This document shows, in pieces, positions 26,782-36,133 of a stretch of 61,874 nt of DNA. The notes beneath the pieces were generated by a model. That model did no database searches, had not been told where the DNA came from, and saw only the letters and a list, made by a program, of their open reading frames with translations. Source of the stretch: a virus (lineage: Duplodnaviria; Caudoviricetes). How positions within the stretch are numbered: position 1 is the stretch's first letter; each line of letters opens with the position of its first letter. Both the position numbers and the translations under genes were made by a program. The stretch is from positions 1 to 61,874 of IMG/VR virus record IMGVR_UViG_3300025598_000044, one strand, 5' to 3'.

Positions 26782-26958
26782 ATGAAGAAATACGTTGTCA
26801 GGATTGAAGTAGAACCTTCTGAATCAGACTTTGAGTTTGACTTTGAGTGTCAGGCGATGAACAACGACCATGCGGAAGAGCAAGCCATGGAGCAGATCAA
26901 CCGGTACGAAGCAGACGAGGCCCACATCAACGCGCCATCAGGAGGCGAACCGAAATGA
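26782..26958 (+). CDS. 58-aa acidic protein (not in ORF track)
   Basis: GGAGG RBS; MKKYVVRIEVEPSESDFEFDFECQAMNNDHAEEQA...; ATGA overlap with the next gene. Confidence 0.75.
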   Translation: MKKYVVRIEVEPSESDFEFDFECQAMNNDHAEEQAMEQINRYEADEAHINAPSGGEPK

Positions 26959-28001
26959 GTATTCCAGACCTGCATCTGTACAACGCGTACAAAGAAATAT
27001 TCAACAAGACTGAACCCCTGCGCGGCACGCACGTGCGGCCAATGGGCAAACGACGCAGCAAGACGTGGGTGCTGATCGAAAAGACCGGATACGACGCAGC
27101 CCTGCAACAAGCAACCGACCCCGTGTACATCGTGCGGCTGTACGAAACCGACATTGTGAAGGTCTACCCGGACGGCACGTGCATAGTGGGTACTGGCGGA
27201 TGGGATACCAACACGACGGCGAGGAGAATATCGGACTCGCTGCGCAAGGGCTTCGGGTATCGCGTGGCGTGGGAGATGGGTGCGTTCAAGCAAGCCAACC
27301 GCGTGTGGCTGTACAGCAGGGGACAGTCCAACTACACAAAGATCCCGCTGACCGCAGACGGCATCAGGTTTCGGGTTAAGGGCGGCGGGCTGGAGCCTAT
27401 CGACTACAAGGTGCAGATCAGCGTGGCTGACCGCAAGGCAACCGCACCGCAGTACGCCAAGATGAGACCGTTCTTCGACTGGATGAAGTCGTTCGTGATG
27501 CTAAGCGACGGCTGGCTGATGCACCAGACACGTAAAGAAGTTTTAGGGACCGTGGAGAATGAAGCAGACCCAGCAGAAGTTCGAGCTAGCCGGTTCGGGT
27601 ATCAGATGCCACCTAAATCCCCATCGGGTAAGCCCGTGCCGTATGCGTTCATGCTCTGGGCTGCGAATGGTGGGTACGCCCCGGTGCAGAGTGATCGGCA
27701 GTTGGCTATCGAGTGGCTGACCAACCTGCACGAAGATGACTATTTGTTGACCTTTTGCCTTTTAGCGTATATAAATGATCCCGGCAACTATGGTTATTCC
27801 CATGCCGGTATGAACGAGGGGCTGCGACCTGTCGAGACGGTGGAGACCAAGTTCAACGGCTGGCCGCGTCGTCTTGTGTATTACGACGTGAAACAAGATC
27901 TGAAACGAATCAAGAGGGCTATACAGAAACTTGTTGTGAGTGAATCGCAGAAGATTGTTGAGATCCAACCGGACGACAAGATCCGGCGCAATGTTGTCTG
28001 A
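26955..28001 (+). CDS. Hypothetical early protein
   Basis: Start reassigned to the ATG at 26955 (AGGAGG RBS); RLYETDIV..YPDG...TGGW.T.TT motif. Confidence 0.75.
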   Translation: MSIPDLHLYNAYKEIFNKTEPLRGTHVRPMGKRRSKTWVLIEKTGYDAALQQATDPVYIVRLYETDIVKVYPDGTCIVGTGGWDTNTTARRISDSLRKGFGYRVAWEMGAFKQANRVWLYSRGQSNYTKIPLTADGIRFRVKGGGLEPIDYKVQISVADRKATAPQYAKMRPFFDWMKSFVMLSDGWLMHQTRKEVLGTVENEADPAEVRASRFGYQMPPKSPSGKPVPYAFMLWAANGGYAPVQSDRQLAIEWLTNLHEDDYLLTFCLLAYINDPGNYGYSHAGMNEGLRPVETVETKFNGWPRRLVYYDVKQDLKRIKRAIQKLVVSESQKIVEIQPDDKIRRNVV

Positions 28002-28028
28002 ACATCCATAAACATATAGGAGTGCAAG

Positions 28029-29105
28029 ATGAGTGCTATCAATTTCGGCAGCGAGATTTCGCTGCAAGAGTTCGCCCATTCCGTTGCGACGGTTGGCGAG
28101 TACGTGACCATCATTGGCGAGGGCGAGATGGGGCTTGGCAAGTCCGCCATGCTGAGCGAGATCGTCCGACTGCGCCCGACCCACAAGCCCATGATGATCG
28201 ACTGCACGTTGCTCGACGTGGGTGACTGCGCGTTGCCGTTCGTGGTTGAAGAGAACGGTATGAAGGTGACGCGCTTCGCTCCCAATGCGCGGTTCGGGTT
28301 CAATGCCGGTGGGCCGGTCGCTGTGTGTCTTGACGAGATCGGCAAGGCGTCCCGCCCCGTGCAGAACGTGTTGCTCACGTTGTTGTACGAGAAGCGTCTT
28401 GGTGACAACTACCTGCCAGAAGGTAGCATCGTGTTTGCGACCAGCAATCTGGGCATTGAAGGTCTAGGCGACCTGATGCAGAAGCACGCTCTCAACCGTG
28501 CGACCAAGGTGCGCATCCGCAAGCCCGACGCTGACGAGTGGATTGAGAACTTCGCAATGCCCAAGGGGCTGGAGGCAACTATCATTGCGTGGGTCAAGCA
28601 GTTCCCGCATTGCCTTGCAGCGGCGACCGATTCGACGCAGCGTGAGAACCCGTACATCAACAACCTGCACGATGCTGGCCGCAGCGCGTTCGTGACCGGA
28701 CGTTCGTTGGAGAAGGCGAGCCACATCGCTGCACGGCGTGCCGAGTTGGGCGAGGCGACGACCATTGCATTGCTGGCCGGTACCGTCGGTGAGTCGGCTG
28801 CGCGTGATATGCAAGCGTTCTTCACGGTGGCTGACAAGTTGCCGACATGGGATGCCATCGTCTCCGACCCGGACAATGCCAAGTTGCCTGACGACACGGT
28901 TGCCAAGTGCATCCTCACGTTCGGTGCGGTGACGCGTGTCGATAAGGACACACTCAGCAAGTGGATGCGGTATGCGCAGCGCATGGACAAGGAGTGGCAG
29001 GCGTTGTTTGCGACCAGCGTGATGAAGGTGGCCAACAAGCAAGCGTTCTGCGTGATGAACAAGGACTTCAAGGACTGGGCGCTTGCGAACCAGTGGCTGT
29101 TCTAA
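28029..29105 (+). CDS. MoxR-like AAA+ ATPase
   Basis: Walker A GEMGLGKS, Walker B CLDEIGK, ATSN sensor, ALNR arginine finger and TGRS sensor 2. Confidence 0.85.
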   Translation: MSAINFGSEISLQEFAHSVATVGEYVTIIGEGEMGLGKSAMLSEIVRLRPTHKPMMIDCTLLDVGDCALPFVVEENGMKVTRFAPNARFGFNAGGPVAVCLDEIGKASRPVQNVLLTLLYEKRLGDNYLPEGSIVFATSNLGIEGLGDLMQKHALNRATKVRIRKPDADEWIENFAMPKGLEATIIAWVKQFPHCLAAATDSTQRENPYINNLHDAGRSAFVTGRSLEKASHIAARRAELGEATTIALLAGTVGESAARDMQAFFTVADKLPTWDAIVSDPDNAKLPDDTVAKCILTFGAVTRVDKDTLSKWMRYAQRMDKEWQALFATSVMKVANKQAFCVMNKDFKDWALANQWLF

Positions 29106-29120
29106 TAACAGGAGAGTGCA

Positions 29121-30293
29121 ATGAAGTTGAGTGCTGAACAGCGTGTGCAGCGTGCACACGTATGGCTGATGCGTAACCCCAAGTACTGTCTGTACTCTGG
29201 GATCATGATGATCGGTAAGACCGAGGTGTGCGACGACGTGCCCACGGCTTGCACCGATGGCGTCAATACCAAGTATGGGCGCGTGTTCGTAGACAAATTG
29301 TTGGATGAGGAACTTCGGTTCCTCATTCTTCACGAGAACCTGCACAAAGCGTTTCGGCATCTTATCGTATGGCGCAAGTTGTACGACCAAGATCCTCGAC
29401 GCGCCAACCGTGCGTGCGACTTCGTTATCAACCTGATGATTCGCGACACCGATCCGGAAGGTAAGGATGTCAAGTTCCCGGCTGGCGGTTGCCTTGACGA
29501 GCAGTATCGCGGACTCGACGCGGGTACTGTGTTCCGCTTGCTTGAGGACGAGGATGACGACGATGAGGGTGGCGACGGTGGCAGCGATGGCGAGTGCTTC
29601 GATGACCACGACTGGGACAGTGCCAAGGAGATGACCGAGGCCGAGAAGGCTACGCTTGAGAAGGACATTGACCAAGCGTTGAGACAGGGCAAGTTGTTGG
29701 CCGGTAAGATGAACGGCAACATCCCCCGCGAGATCAACGAGGCGCTCGAACCCAAGGTTGACCCCCGTGAGATATTGCAGGACTTCATTACCAGTCATTG
29801 CAATGGCAAGGACGAGTCAACGTGGCGCAAGCCACATCGACGGTGGGTGAGTCAGGACGTGTATATGCCGAGCATGATCGGCAACACGGTTGGTCGGTTG
29901 GTCATCGCTATTGATATGTCTGGCTCCGTGACGCAGCAGGTTGCATCACGGTTGCTTGGCTTCGTCAAGTTGGTATGCGAGCAGGTCAAGCCCGACGGCA
30001 TCGACCTGTTGTATTGGGACACGGACATATGTCGTCACGAGACGTATGACGCCGGTCAACTCGACAACTTGTTGCACAGCACCAAGCCAGCGGGCGGTGG
30101 TGGCACCGAGCCGCAATGCGTACCGGACTACATCAAGCAGAAGCGTATCAATGCCGAGTGTGCAATCGTATTGACCGACGGCTATGTGTCGAGTTGGGGT
30201 AACGGGTGGCCGTGTCCGGTGTTGTGGGGTATCACGACCAAGGGCATCGTGGCTGCGAATGGCAAGAGTTTTTACATGGACATCAATAACTAG
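29121..30293 (+). CDS. Metallopeptidase + VWA-domain protein (DUF2201-like)
   Basis: TACTDG, HENLH (HExxH), N.ACD..IN, DDH.W, MIDAS DMSGS, GGGGT and LTDGY. Confidence 0.85.
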   Translation: MKLSAEQRVQRAHVWLMRNPKYCLYSGIMMIGKTEVCDDVPTACTDGVNTKYGRVFVDKLLDEELRFLILHENLHKAFRHLIVWRKLYDQDPRRANRACDFVINLMIRDTDPEGKDVKFPAGGCLDEQYRGLDAGTVFRLLEDEDDDDEGGDGGSDGECFDDHDWDSAKEMTEAEKATLEKDIDQALRQGKLLAGKMNGNIPREINEALEPKVDPREILQDFITSHCNGKDESTWRKPHRRWVSQDVYMPSMIGNTVGRLVIAIDMSGSVTQQVASRLLGFVKLVCEQVKPDGIDLLYWDTDICRHETYDAGQLDNLLHSTKPAGGGGTEPQCVPDYIKQKRINAECAIVLTDGYVSSWGNGWPCPVLWGITTKGIVAANGKSFYMDINN

Positions 30294-30302
30294 GAGTGCA
30301 TC

Positions 30303-31136
30303 ATGATTCAGAATAGTGCAATGTTGATTGATCTCAATCTGGCGGTCTGGCTGGCTCGCAAGATGGATCGCAAGGTCTCGCAGGAAGTGGACGCGAACAA
30401 GAACACCAAGACTCGCGCGGGCAACTATCACAAGCAGTTGCTGCCGGGTATGGACAAACTTGACGCGCTGCATAGCATCGCCAATGCGACTCGCGCTTGG
30501 CATTACGAGAACACGCTGCCGTGGTCGGACAATGGCACGCGGTTGCTGCCTATGTCCAACTTCTTTGAGTACAAGGCCAAACTCAACGAGTGGCAACGCG
30601 CGTTCGATGCGGCGGCTGATGAGTTCTACGCCGAGTATCCCAATCTCATCAGCGCGGCAGCGCTCAAGTTGGGCGACCTGTTCAACCGTGACGACTACCC
30701 GCAGCTTGAGGTCATCAGGCACAAGAATCGGTTCGCGTACACGTTCATGCCGGTGCCGATGGCCGGTGACTTCCGTGTGGATGCACCCGAGGCTGCACAG
30801 CGCGAACTGCGTGAGCAGTACGAGAAGTACTACAACGACAAATTGCAGGACGCCAATCGTGATCTGTGGGAGCGGCTGCACGAATGTCTCAAGCACATGA
30901 GCAACAAGTTGGCAGGTGAGGACAAGCAGATCTTCCGTGATTCGCTTGTAACCAACACTACCGAGTTGTGTTCGATCCTCACGCGCTTGAACGTGACCAA
31001 CGACCCCAAGTTGGAGACTGCGCGACGTGAAGTTGAGAAGGCGCTTGTCGGTCTGACTGCGACTGACTTGCGTAAGGATACCGAGCTGCGTCATGAGACG
31101 AAGCGTCGGGTTGATGAAATTCTAAATATGTTCTAA
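30303..31136 (+). CDS. Conserved helical protein accompanying the AAA/VWA pair (DUF3150-like)
   Basis: W.ARK.D, TLPW.D.G.RLLP, LGDLF..DDYP and LNVT.DP.LE motifs; synteny. Confidence 0.65.
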   Translation: MIQNSAMLIDLNLAVWLARKMDRKVSQEVDANKNTKTRAGNYHKQLLPGMDKLDALHSIANATRAWHYENTLPWSDNGTRLLPMSNFFEYKAKLNEWQRAFDAAADEFYAEYPNLISAAALKLGDLFNRDDYPQLEVIRHKNRFAYTFMPVPMAGDFRVDAPEAAQRELREQYEKYYNDKLQDANRDLWERLHECLKHMSNKLAGEDKQIFRDSLVTNTTELCSILTRLNVTNDPKLETARREVEKALVGLTATDLRKDTELRHETKRRVDEILNMF

Positions 31137-31147
31137 GGAGTGCAATC

Positions 31148-32002
31148 ATGGGTATCAAGTTCGATCCGTCCAAGAAGTTGGGCGAGGATATGGGCATAGA
31201 GATCACCAACATCTGCCAAAAACTGCTCAAGTCATCGCGGTTGATGCGGTATCAGTACGGCATCACCATCACACCCACGGCGCATTACGAAGTGCGCTTT
31301 GCGGATGACCGGCTCGCATTAGGTGGGTACCCCAATGCCCACATGGGCTACTGCGGTAGGCTCACGTATCAGAGGAACGATAAAGGCAATTGGGTATTTG
31401 TTGTCGAGGCTCCGACAATCCACAACGAGAAGCTCAAGAACCGGGGTAGCCGTGCGAATACCAAGTTCGCACGTACTCCAGAAAAAGCAATCGAACTTAT
31501 CAACAACTTCGTCAAGCCTTTGGACTGGAAGAACTTGTTCGATACGCACTCACGTACTGCGCGGGGCGAGCATCGCAGTTGGATCCGTGAAGCAGAGGAG
31601 AAGTATCAAAGGCTGTTTAACGAAGCGGCTGGCTATTCGTTTGGAACAATCAACGAGACGTTGCTGCAAGCGTTGATTAAAGAGCGGTCGTACTCAGGCA
31701 ATTTCGCCACCGAGTATCTCAACAGTCTGACTGACCAGAAAGTTGTGGACGCGTACAAAGAGCGAGTCGGACGAATGACTAAACCGTGGCCGTCGCGCGT
31801 CGCTTATCTTGGAGATGCCGAGGCTGTGATTGCGAACATGGGGCAAGAAGGCATCGTTACTGGCATCCAGCTACCGGCTAAACCGGAAGACTTGGCAAGT
31901 GATATTCAGGAAAAGATTGCGCTCCTCAAATTGATGGACACGCGATTTGTTCCTCATGTTGGATACCGTGCTTGCGATACACTATACTACCTTTACGAGT
32001 AG
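31148..32002 (+). CDS. Hypothetical protein
   Basis: Strong RBS; C-terminal EKIALLKL...VPHVGYR. Confidence 0.75.
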   Translation: MGIKFDPSKKLGEDMGIEITNICQKLLKSSRLMRYQYGITITPTAHYEVRFADDRLALGGYPNAHMGYCGRLTYQRNDKGNWVFVVEAPTIHNEKLKNRGSRANTKFARTPEKAIELINNFVKPLDWKNLFDTHSRTARGEHRSWIREAEEKYQRLFNEAAGYSFGTINETLLQALIKERSYSGNFATEYLNSLTDQKVVDAYKERVGRMTKPWPSRVAYLGDAEAVIANMGQEGIVTGIQLPAKPEDLASDIQEKIALLKLMDTRFVPHVGYRACDTLYYLYE

Positions 32003-32020
32003 TATCTAAACGAGGCAGGT

Positions 32021-32308
32021 ATGACTCCAGAAGCTAAAGTAAAAGCTAAAGTCAAAAAGCTATTGTTGGAATACAACGCTTATTTCTTTATGCCCGCCAC
32101 ACATGGCTACGGTAGCTCTGGAGTCCCTGACATCGTTGCGTGTTTTAACGGTAGGTTCATAGGCATCGAATGTAAGGCTGGGTCTAACAAACCCACAGGA
32201 TTGCAATTGATGAATTTGAACTCCATTGAACGGACTGGTGGACTCAGTTTTGTAATCAACGAATACAATCTGGGAGAACTAGAAAACAAGCTAAAGGAAA
32301 TCAAATGA
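32021..32308 (+). CDS. VRR-NUC domain nuclease / resolvase
   Basis: TPEAKVK, G.SGVPDI..C..GRFIGIECKA...PT.LQ and GG...VINE. Confidence 0.85.
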   Translation: MTPEAKVKAKVKKLLLEYNAYFFMPATHGYGSSGVPDIVACFNGRFIGIECKAGSNKPTGLQLMNLNSIERTGGLSFVINEYNLGELENKLKEIK

Positions 32309-32598
32309 ACTTGAGTAACTTCGCGGAGGCCACGCGGGTACTGAATGACGATGGCTTCGATCTTTCTGATCTGTATGTCATCAGCGAGTACCAACGTGCC
32401 AAAGCCAAAGGCGACGTAACTATCATGACGCTCACCAAGAACACGGTGCTATCCAAGACGGTGATGCTGCGTCGTATAAAAAAACTTGTAGAACAAGGAG
32501 TGTTTAAACGTGCAGAACGCGATTCAGATTTGCGGCTGCGAGTGTTGGTTGATGGCCCGCGCATGGGGCCAATTGTCGAGTACTTCAAAGAAATCTAA
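32305..32598 (+). CDS. Winged-helix (MarR-like) DNA-binding protein
   Basis: SKTVMLRRIKKLVEQGVF.R...DLRLRVL. Confidence 0.65.
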   Translation: MNLSNFAEATRVLNDDGFDLSDLYVISEYQRAKAKGDVTIMTLTKNTVLSKTVMLRRIKKLVEQGVFKRAERDSDLRLRVLVDGPRMGPIVEYFKEI

Positions 32599-32610
32599 CA
32601 GGAGAGTGTG

Positions 32611-32994
32611 ATGAAGAAGCAGAGTAAGTCGGCGCAGATCCGTGCGCTGTTGGCCGAAGGCAAGTCGGTTGATGAGATTGCCAAGGCTGTGAAATGCACA
32701 AAGAAACTTGTCTATGTTGTGCGTAGCCAGTGGGGCAAAGAGCCAAAAGATTGGAAGCCCGCAGAGCCTTTGTTCGTTGAGATCAGCGCGCCTGATATGG
32801 TCAACCATCCTCCGCACTACAACGTAGGCGGCATCGAAGTGATTGAAGCCATCGAAGCGTGGGGTCTCAATTACCGTCTAGGCAACGTCGTCAAGTATGT
32901 CGCTCGCGCAGAGTCCAAGGGCAATTACCTTGAGGATCTCAAGAAGGCGCGGTGGTATTTGGATCGTGAGATTACCAAGTCGGAGGAGATTTAA
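32611..32994 (+). CDS. DUF3310-like protein with N-terminal HTH
   Basis: DMVNHPPHY..GGIEVI, LGNVVKYV.RA..KG..LEDLKKARWYL; N-terminal KSAQIRALLAEG.SV.EIAK. Confidence 0.8.
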   Translation: MKKQSKSAQIRALLAEGKSVDEIAKAVKCTKKLVYVVRSQWGKEPKDWKPAEPLFVEISAPDMVNHPPHYNVGGIEVIEAIEAWGLNYRLGNVVKYVARAESKGNYLEDLKKARWYLDREITKSEEI

Positions 32995-32995
32995 T

Positions 32996-33208
32996 ATGTG
33001 GATGGTACGTGTTTCCGACAAGGGTAAAGAAAGTGTTTTCAAGATGATGCCGCAGTCGGTGCGAGTGTGGCGTTGGAGACCCAAGTACATCAACGTTAAT
33101 CGTTGGGAGTACCGTACAGGAATGTCTGGCGGTTGGACCGCAGTTGCGCCTACTGTAACGGCAGCGCTTTCGATGATTGAAAACGCTCAGACAAGGGGTG
33201 AACCGTGA
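32996..33208 (+). CDS. Hypothetical protein
   Basis: GGAGGAG RBS; GTGA overlap with the next gene. Confidence 0.6.
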   Translation: MWMVRVSDKGKESVFKMMPQSVRVWRWRPKYINVNRWEYRTGMSGGWTAVAPTVTAALSMIENAQTRGEP

Positions 33209-33501
33209 ACGCTCCAGTACAACTTGATCTGTTCAAGGATGATGAATATCCGGCGTGTGGTGTAAAACTTGTAATCGAACGATTACGAACGAATCCGCAA
33301 GATTTCAATGATGACAAATGGGAATGGCTCACCAGTTCCATATATGAGTACATAGCCGATCAAAAAGATCCGGCTATCCAATATTTTATTGGGTTGACCA
33401 AACAGGAAAAAGATATGCTCGCGGATGCTTATACCAAATATATGCGCGAAGAATTTACCACGAAGGTTTTACGAATTTTAACGGAGGCCGACCATGACTG
33501 A
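33205..33501 (+). CDS. Hypothetical protein with N-terminal QLDLF motif
   Basis: Coupled ORF; GVKLVIERL.TNP.DF...KWEW. Confidence 0.7.
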   Translation: MNAPVQLDLFKDDEYPACGVKLVIERLRTNPQDFNDDKWEWLTSSIYEYIADQKDPAIQYFIGLTKQEKDMLADAYTKYMREEFTTKVLRILTEADHD

Positions 33502-33691
33502 AGACACCAAACTTCCGAGCGACGAGGACATTATTCGCAATATGCTTACTTTGCTTGCGGTGCGTGTTGCCAATGATCGTGGTGATCTTCCTATGGATGA
33601 AGAAGATCAAGAGATTTGGGGAGATCGTAGTGTCGCTACCATATTCATCGCGGCCACTAGGCTTAATTTGGAAATAGGAACGATGCAATGA
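33494..33691 (+). CDS. Small acidic hypothetical protein
   Basis: GGAGG RBS; overlapping neighbours. Confidence 0.6.
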   Translation: MTEDTKLPSDEDIIRNMLTLLAVRVANDRGDLPMDEEDQEIWGDRSVATIFIAATRLNLEIGTMQ

Positions 33692-33852
33692 ACGCAGTAT
33701 GGGACTGGTGGCAGAAGTTGTCATGGAGCCACGCATTGTCAGTTGTGCTGATGGTGTGTTGTATCGCCATTTGGGTTATAGCTTTGTTTACAGCAGTCAA
33801 GGAGGAAGAAGCTGATGGACAAAGAAAGCCACCTAAAAACACGCAAGGCTAA
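33688..33852 (+). CDS. 54-aa single-pass membrane protein (not in ORF track)
   Basis: ATGA overlap; MNAVWDWWQKLSWSHALSVVLMVCCIAIWVIALFTAVKEEE... Confidence 0.55.
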   Translation: MNAVWDWWQKLSWSHALSVVLMVCCIAIWVIALFTAVKEEEADGQRKPPKNTQG

Positions 33853-33931
33853 AAAGAAAGGGGTGCATAAGCACCCCCATCCTTGGAGAGCAGTCAGAGG
33901 TCAGTTTAAAAATAAAGGGGAGAAGCTATGA
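33815..33931 (+). CDS. 38-aa basic peptide (not in ORF track)
   Basis: AGGAGG upstream; MDKESHLKTRKAKKKGVHKHPHPWR...; ATGA overlap downstream. Confidence 0.45.
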   Translation: MDKESHLKTRKAKKKGVHKHPHPWRAVRGQFKNKGEKL

Positions 33932-34107
33932 AAATTACTTGCTCATTTAATAGTGCATCTATTGAGTTGGTGCGTATCCACCTAGACGAGTTCAACAAGT
34001 TGGACAATACCATAGAAGGCTTTCCAGTTTATTGGACTCAGAACAAAGACGGTTACATCGTAATGTGGCCTAAGCCTAGCGATGAAGTATTAGGGGAAAG
34101 AGAATGA
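33928..34107 (+). CDS. 59-aa protein resembling the adaptor beta-domain (not in ORF track)
   Basis: GGGGAG RBS, ATGA overlaps at both ends, and GFPVYW...MWPKPSD. Confidence 0.65.
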   Translation: MKITCSFNSASIELVRIHLDEFNKLDNTIEGFPVYWTQNKDGYIVMWPKPSDEVLGERE

Positions 34108-34310
34108 GCATGAAACCCCATTGGTCACCGGGAATCCCGTTGCGTTTTGTCGAGCGCGACGGCAAGAAGATTCTACAGCAAGTGTGGCTGCGTTATGCTT
34201 TCACGGTGCGAGATCATTGGGAGCAAGTTGACGGACATGAGTGGCGCGACGTTCCTATGGATTACGAATGTGAAGACCCGTCCTATTGGTCGCAAGAGAA
34301 AAAAGAATGA
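34104..34310 (+). CDS. Hypothetical protein
   Basis: LRFVERDGKKILQQ.W...EWRDVP; ATGA overlap with the polymerase gene. Confidence 0.7.
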   Translation: MSMKPHWSPGIPLRFVERDGKKILQQVWLRYAFTVRDHWEQVDGHEWRDVPMDYECEDPSYWSQEKKE

Positions 34311-36133
34311 GCATCATCACGATTGACTTTGAAACGTATTACGACAAGGACTACAGCCTGTCGAAGATGACGACGGAGGAGTACATCAACGATCCACGCT
34401 TTGAAGTCATTGGTATGGGCATGAAGGTGGATGACGGCCCGAGCAAGTGGTACTCCGACGCGGCTGAGATAGAGGCTGTCTTGGAAAGAGGCCACAAGGA
34501 GTGGCAGGGACACGCCATCCTCTGCCACAACACAATGTTCGATGGCGCGATCTTATCGTGGCGTTACGGCATCAAACCGAAGGCATGGCTTGACACGTTG
34601 TGTATGGCTCGCGCCATCAATGGGGTAGATGCTGGAGGATCTCTAAAGAAGTTGGCAGAACGATACAACATTGGGGAGAAGGGCAATGAGGTCGTTAATG
34701 CTTTGGGTAAGAGACGCGTTGATTTCAACGCTGCTGATCTTTCTGCCTATGGTAAGTATTGTCGTAACGATGTGGATCTCACTCATCGTCTATTTAGTAT
34801 TCTTGCTAGGGATTTTCCTGTTGGAGAGCTTAGAGTCATAGATCAGACTCTCAGGATGTTCATAGAGCCGACGTTGCAGTTGAACCTGCCGAAGCTTGAA
34901 GCACATCTGGAGAACATCAAAGACAACAAGAGCAAGCTGATGGAAGCTACAGGCGCAAACAAAGATGCGCTCATGAGCAATGATCAGTTCGCCGGGTTGC
35001 TACTGAAGCTGGGCGTCGAGCCACCAAGAAAGGTAAGCCCCCGTACCGGAAAAGATACATGGGCGTTTGCCAAGACCGATGATGAGTTCAAGGCGCTTCT
35101 GGAACATTCAGATCCACGTGTACAGATGTTGGTGAGTGCAAGGCTGGGCGTCAAGACGACGCTGGAAGAAACACGCACGCAACGGTTTATAGATATAGCC
35201 AAGCGAGGGCGGCTGCCTGTACCGATCAAGTACTACGCCGCGCATACGGGGCGGTGGGGAGGAGATGACAAGATCAATCTCCAGAACCTGCCGAGCCGTG
35301 GGGCGTTTGCCGGGAAGCTCAAGCAAGCCATCGAACCCCCGCCGGGGTTTGTAATCATCGACAGTGACTCCAGTCAGATCGAAGCCCGAGTGTTGGCGTG
35401 GCTGGCAGGTGCAAAGGATTTGGTTGATTCGTTTGCACGTGGCGAAGACGTGTATAGAAAAATGGCTTCTGCTATATACGACAAGCCCGAAGATCAGGTC
35501 ACCAAGGAAGAACGCTTTGTCGGCAAGACCACCGTGCTGGGCGCAGGTTACGGCATGGGCGCAGCCAAGTTCCAGATACAGTTAAAGACGTTTGGCGTTG
35601 ACGTGGATTTGGATGAATGCAAACGCATCATCAGTGTGTACCGGAAAGCATACCCGGAAATACCCGCACTCTGGCGGCAGGGGGGTTTATGCCTAGCGGC
35701 TATTCTGTCTCAGAGCGACGCCAAATTTGGGGTCGTAGACGCTGTGAAGTTCGACCCAGAGGAGCGGGGCTTCCTGCTACCAAGCGGGCTGTGGCAGCGG
35801 TATAGCGGGCTGGCGAAGCATGATGGCCCTGATGGTGTGCAGTTTACATATACCACCCGGACAGGCGCTGTTAAGATATACGGCGGCAAGGTTGTAGAAA
35901 ACATCTGCCAAGCAGTTGCCCGTTGTGTAATTGCCGAGCAGATGCTGCGTATCGGGAAACGATACGAGGTCGTGCTGACCGTGCACGATGCCGTCGCTTG
36001 CATTGCCCCTGAAGCTGAAGCGGATGAGGCGATCAAGTACGTAGAAGAATGTATGCGTTGGAGACCGACGTGGGCGCAAGACTTGCCGTTGAATTGCGAA
36101 GCGGGCGTGGGGGCTAACTACGGGGAATGTTGA
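34307..36133 (+). CDS. polA: Family A DNA polymerase with 3'-5' exonuclease
   Basis: ExoI IDFET, HN..FD, Y..ND, HTGRW, NLQN.P, motif A DSSQIEAR, motif B R...KTTVLG.GYG and motif C VHDA. Confidence 0.95.
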   Translation: MSIITIDFETYYDKDYSLSKMTTEEYINDPRFEVIGMGMKVDDGPSKWYSDAAEIEAVLERGHKEWQGHAILCHNTMFDGAILSWRYGIKPKAWLDTLCMARAINGVDAGGSLKKLAERYNIGEKGNEVVNALGKRRVDFNAADLSAYGKYCRNDVDLTHRLFSILARDFPVGELRVIDQTLRMFIEPTLQLNLPKLEAHLENIKDNKSKLMEATGANKDALMSNDQFAGLLLKLGVEPPRKVSPRTGKDTWAFAKTDDEFKALLEHSDPRVQMLVSARLGVKTTLEETRTQRFIDIAKRGRLPVPIKYYAAHTGRWGGDDKINLQNLPSRGAFAGKLKQAIEPPPGFVIIDSDSSQIEARVLAWLAGAKDLVDSFARGEDVYRKMASAIYDKPEDQVTKEERFVGKTTVLGAGYGMGAAKFQIQLKTFGVDVDLDECKRIISVYRKAYPEIPALWRQGGLCLAAILSQSDAKFGVVDAVKFDPEERGFLLPSGLWQRYSGLAKHDGPDGVQFTYTTRTGAVKIYGGKVVENICQAVARCVIAEQMLRIGKRYEVVLTVHDAVACIAPEAEADEAIKYVEECMRWRPTWAQDLPLNCEAGVGANYGEC

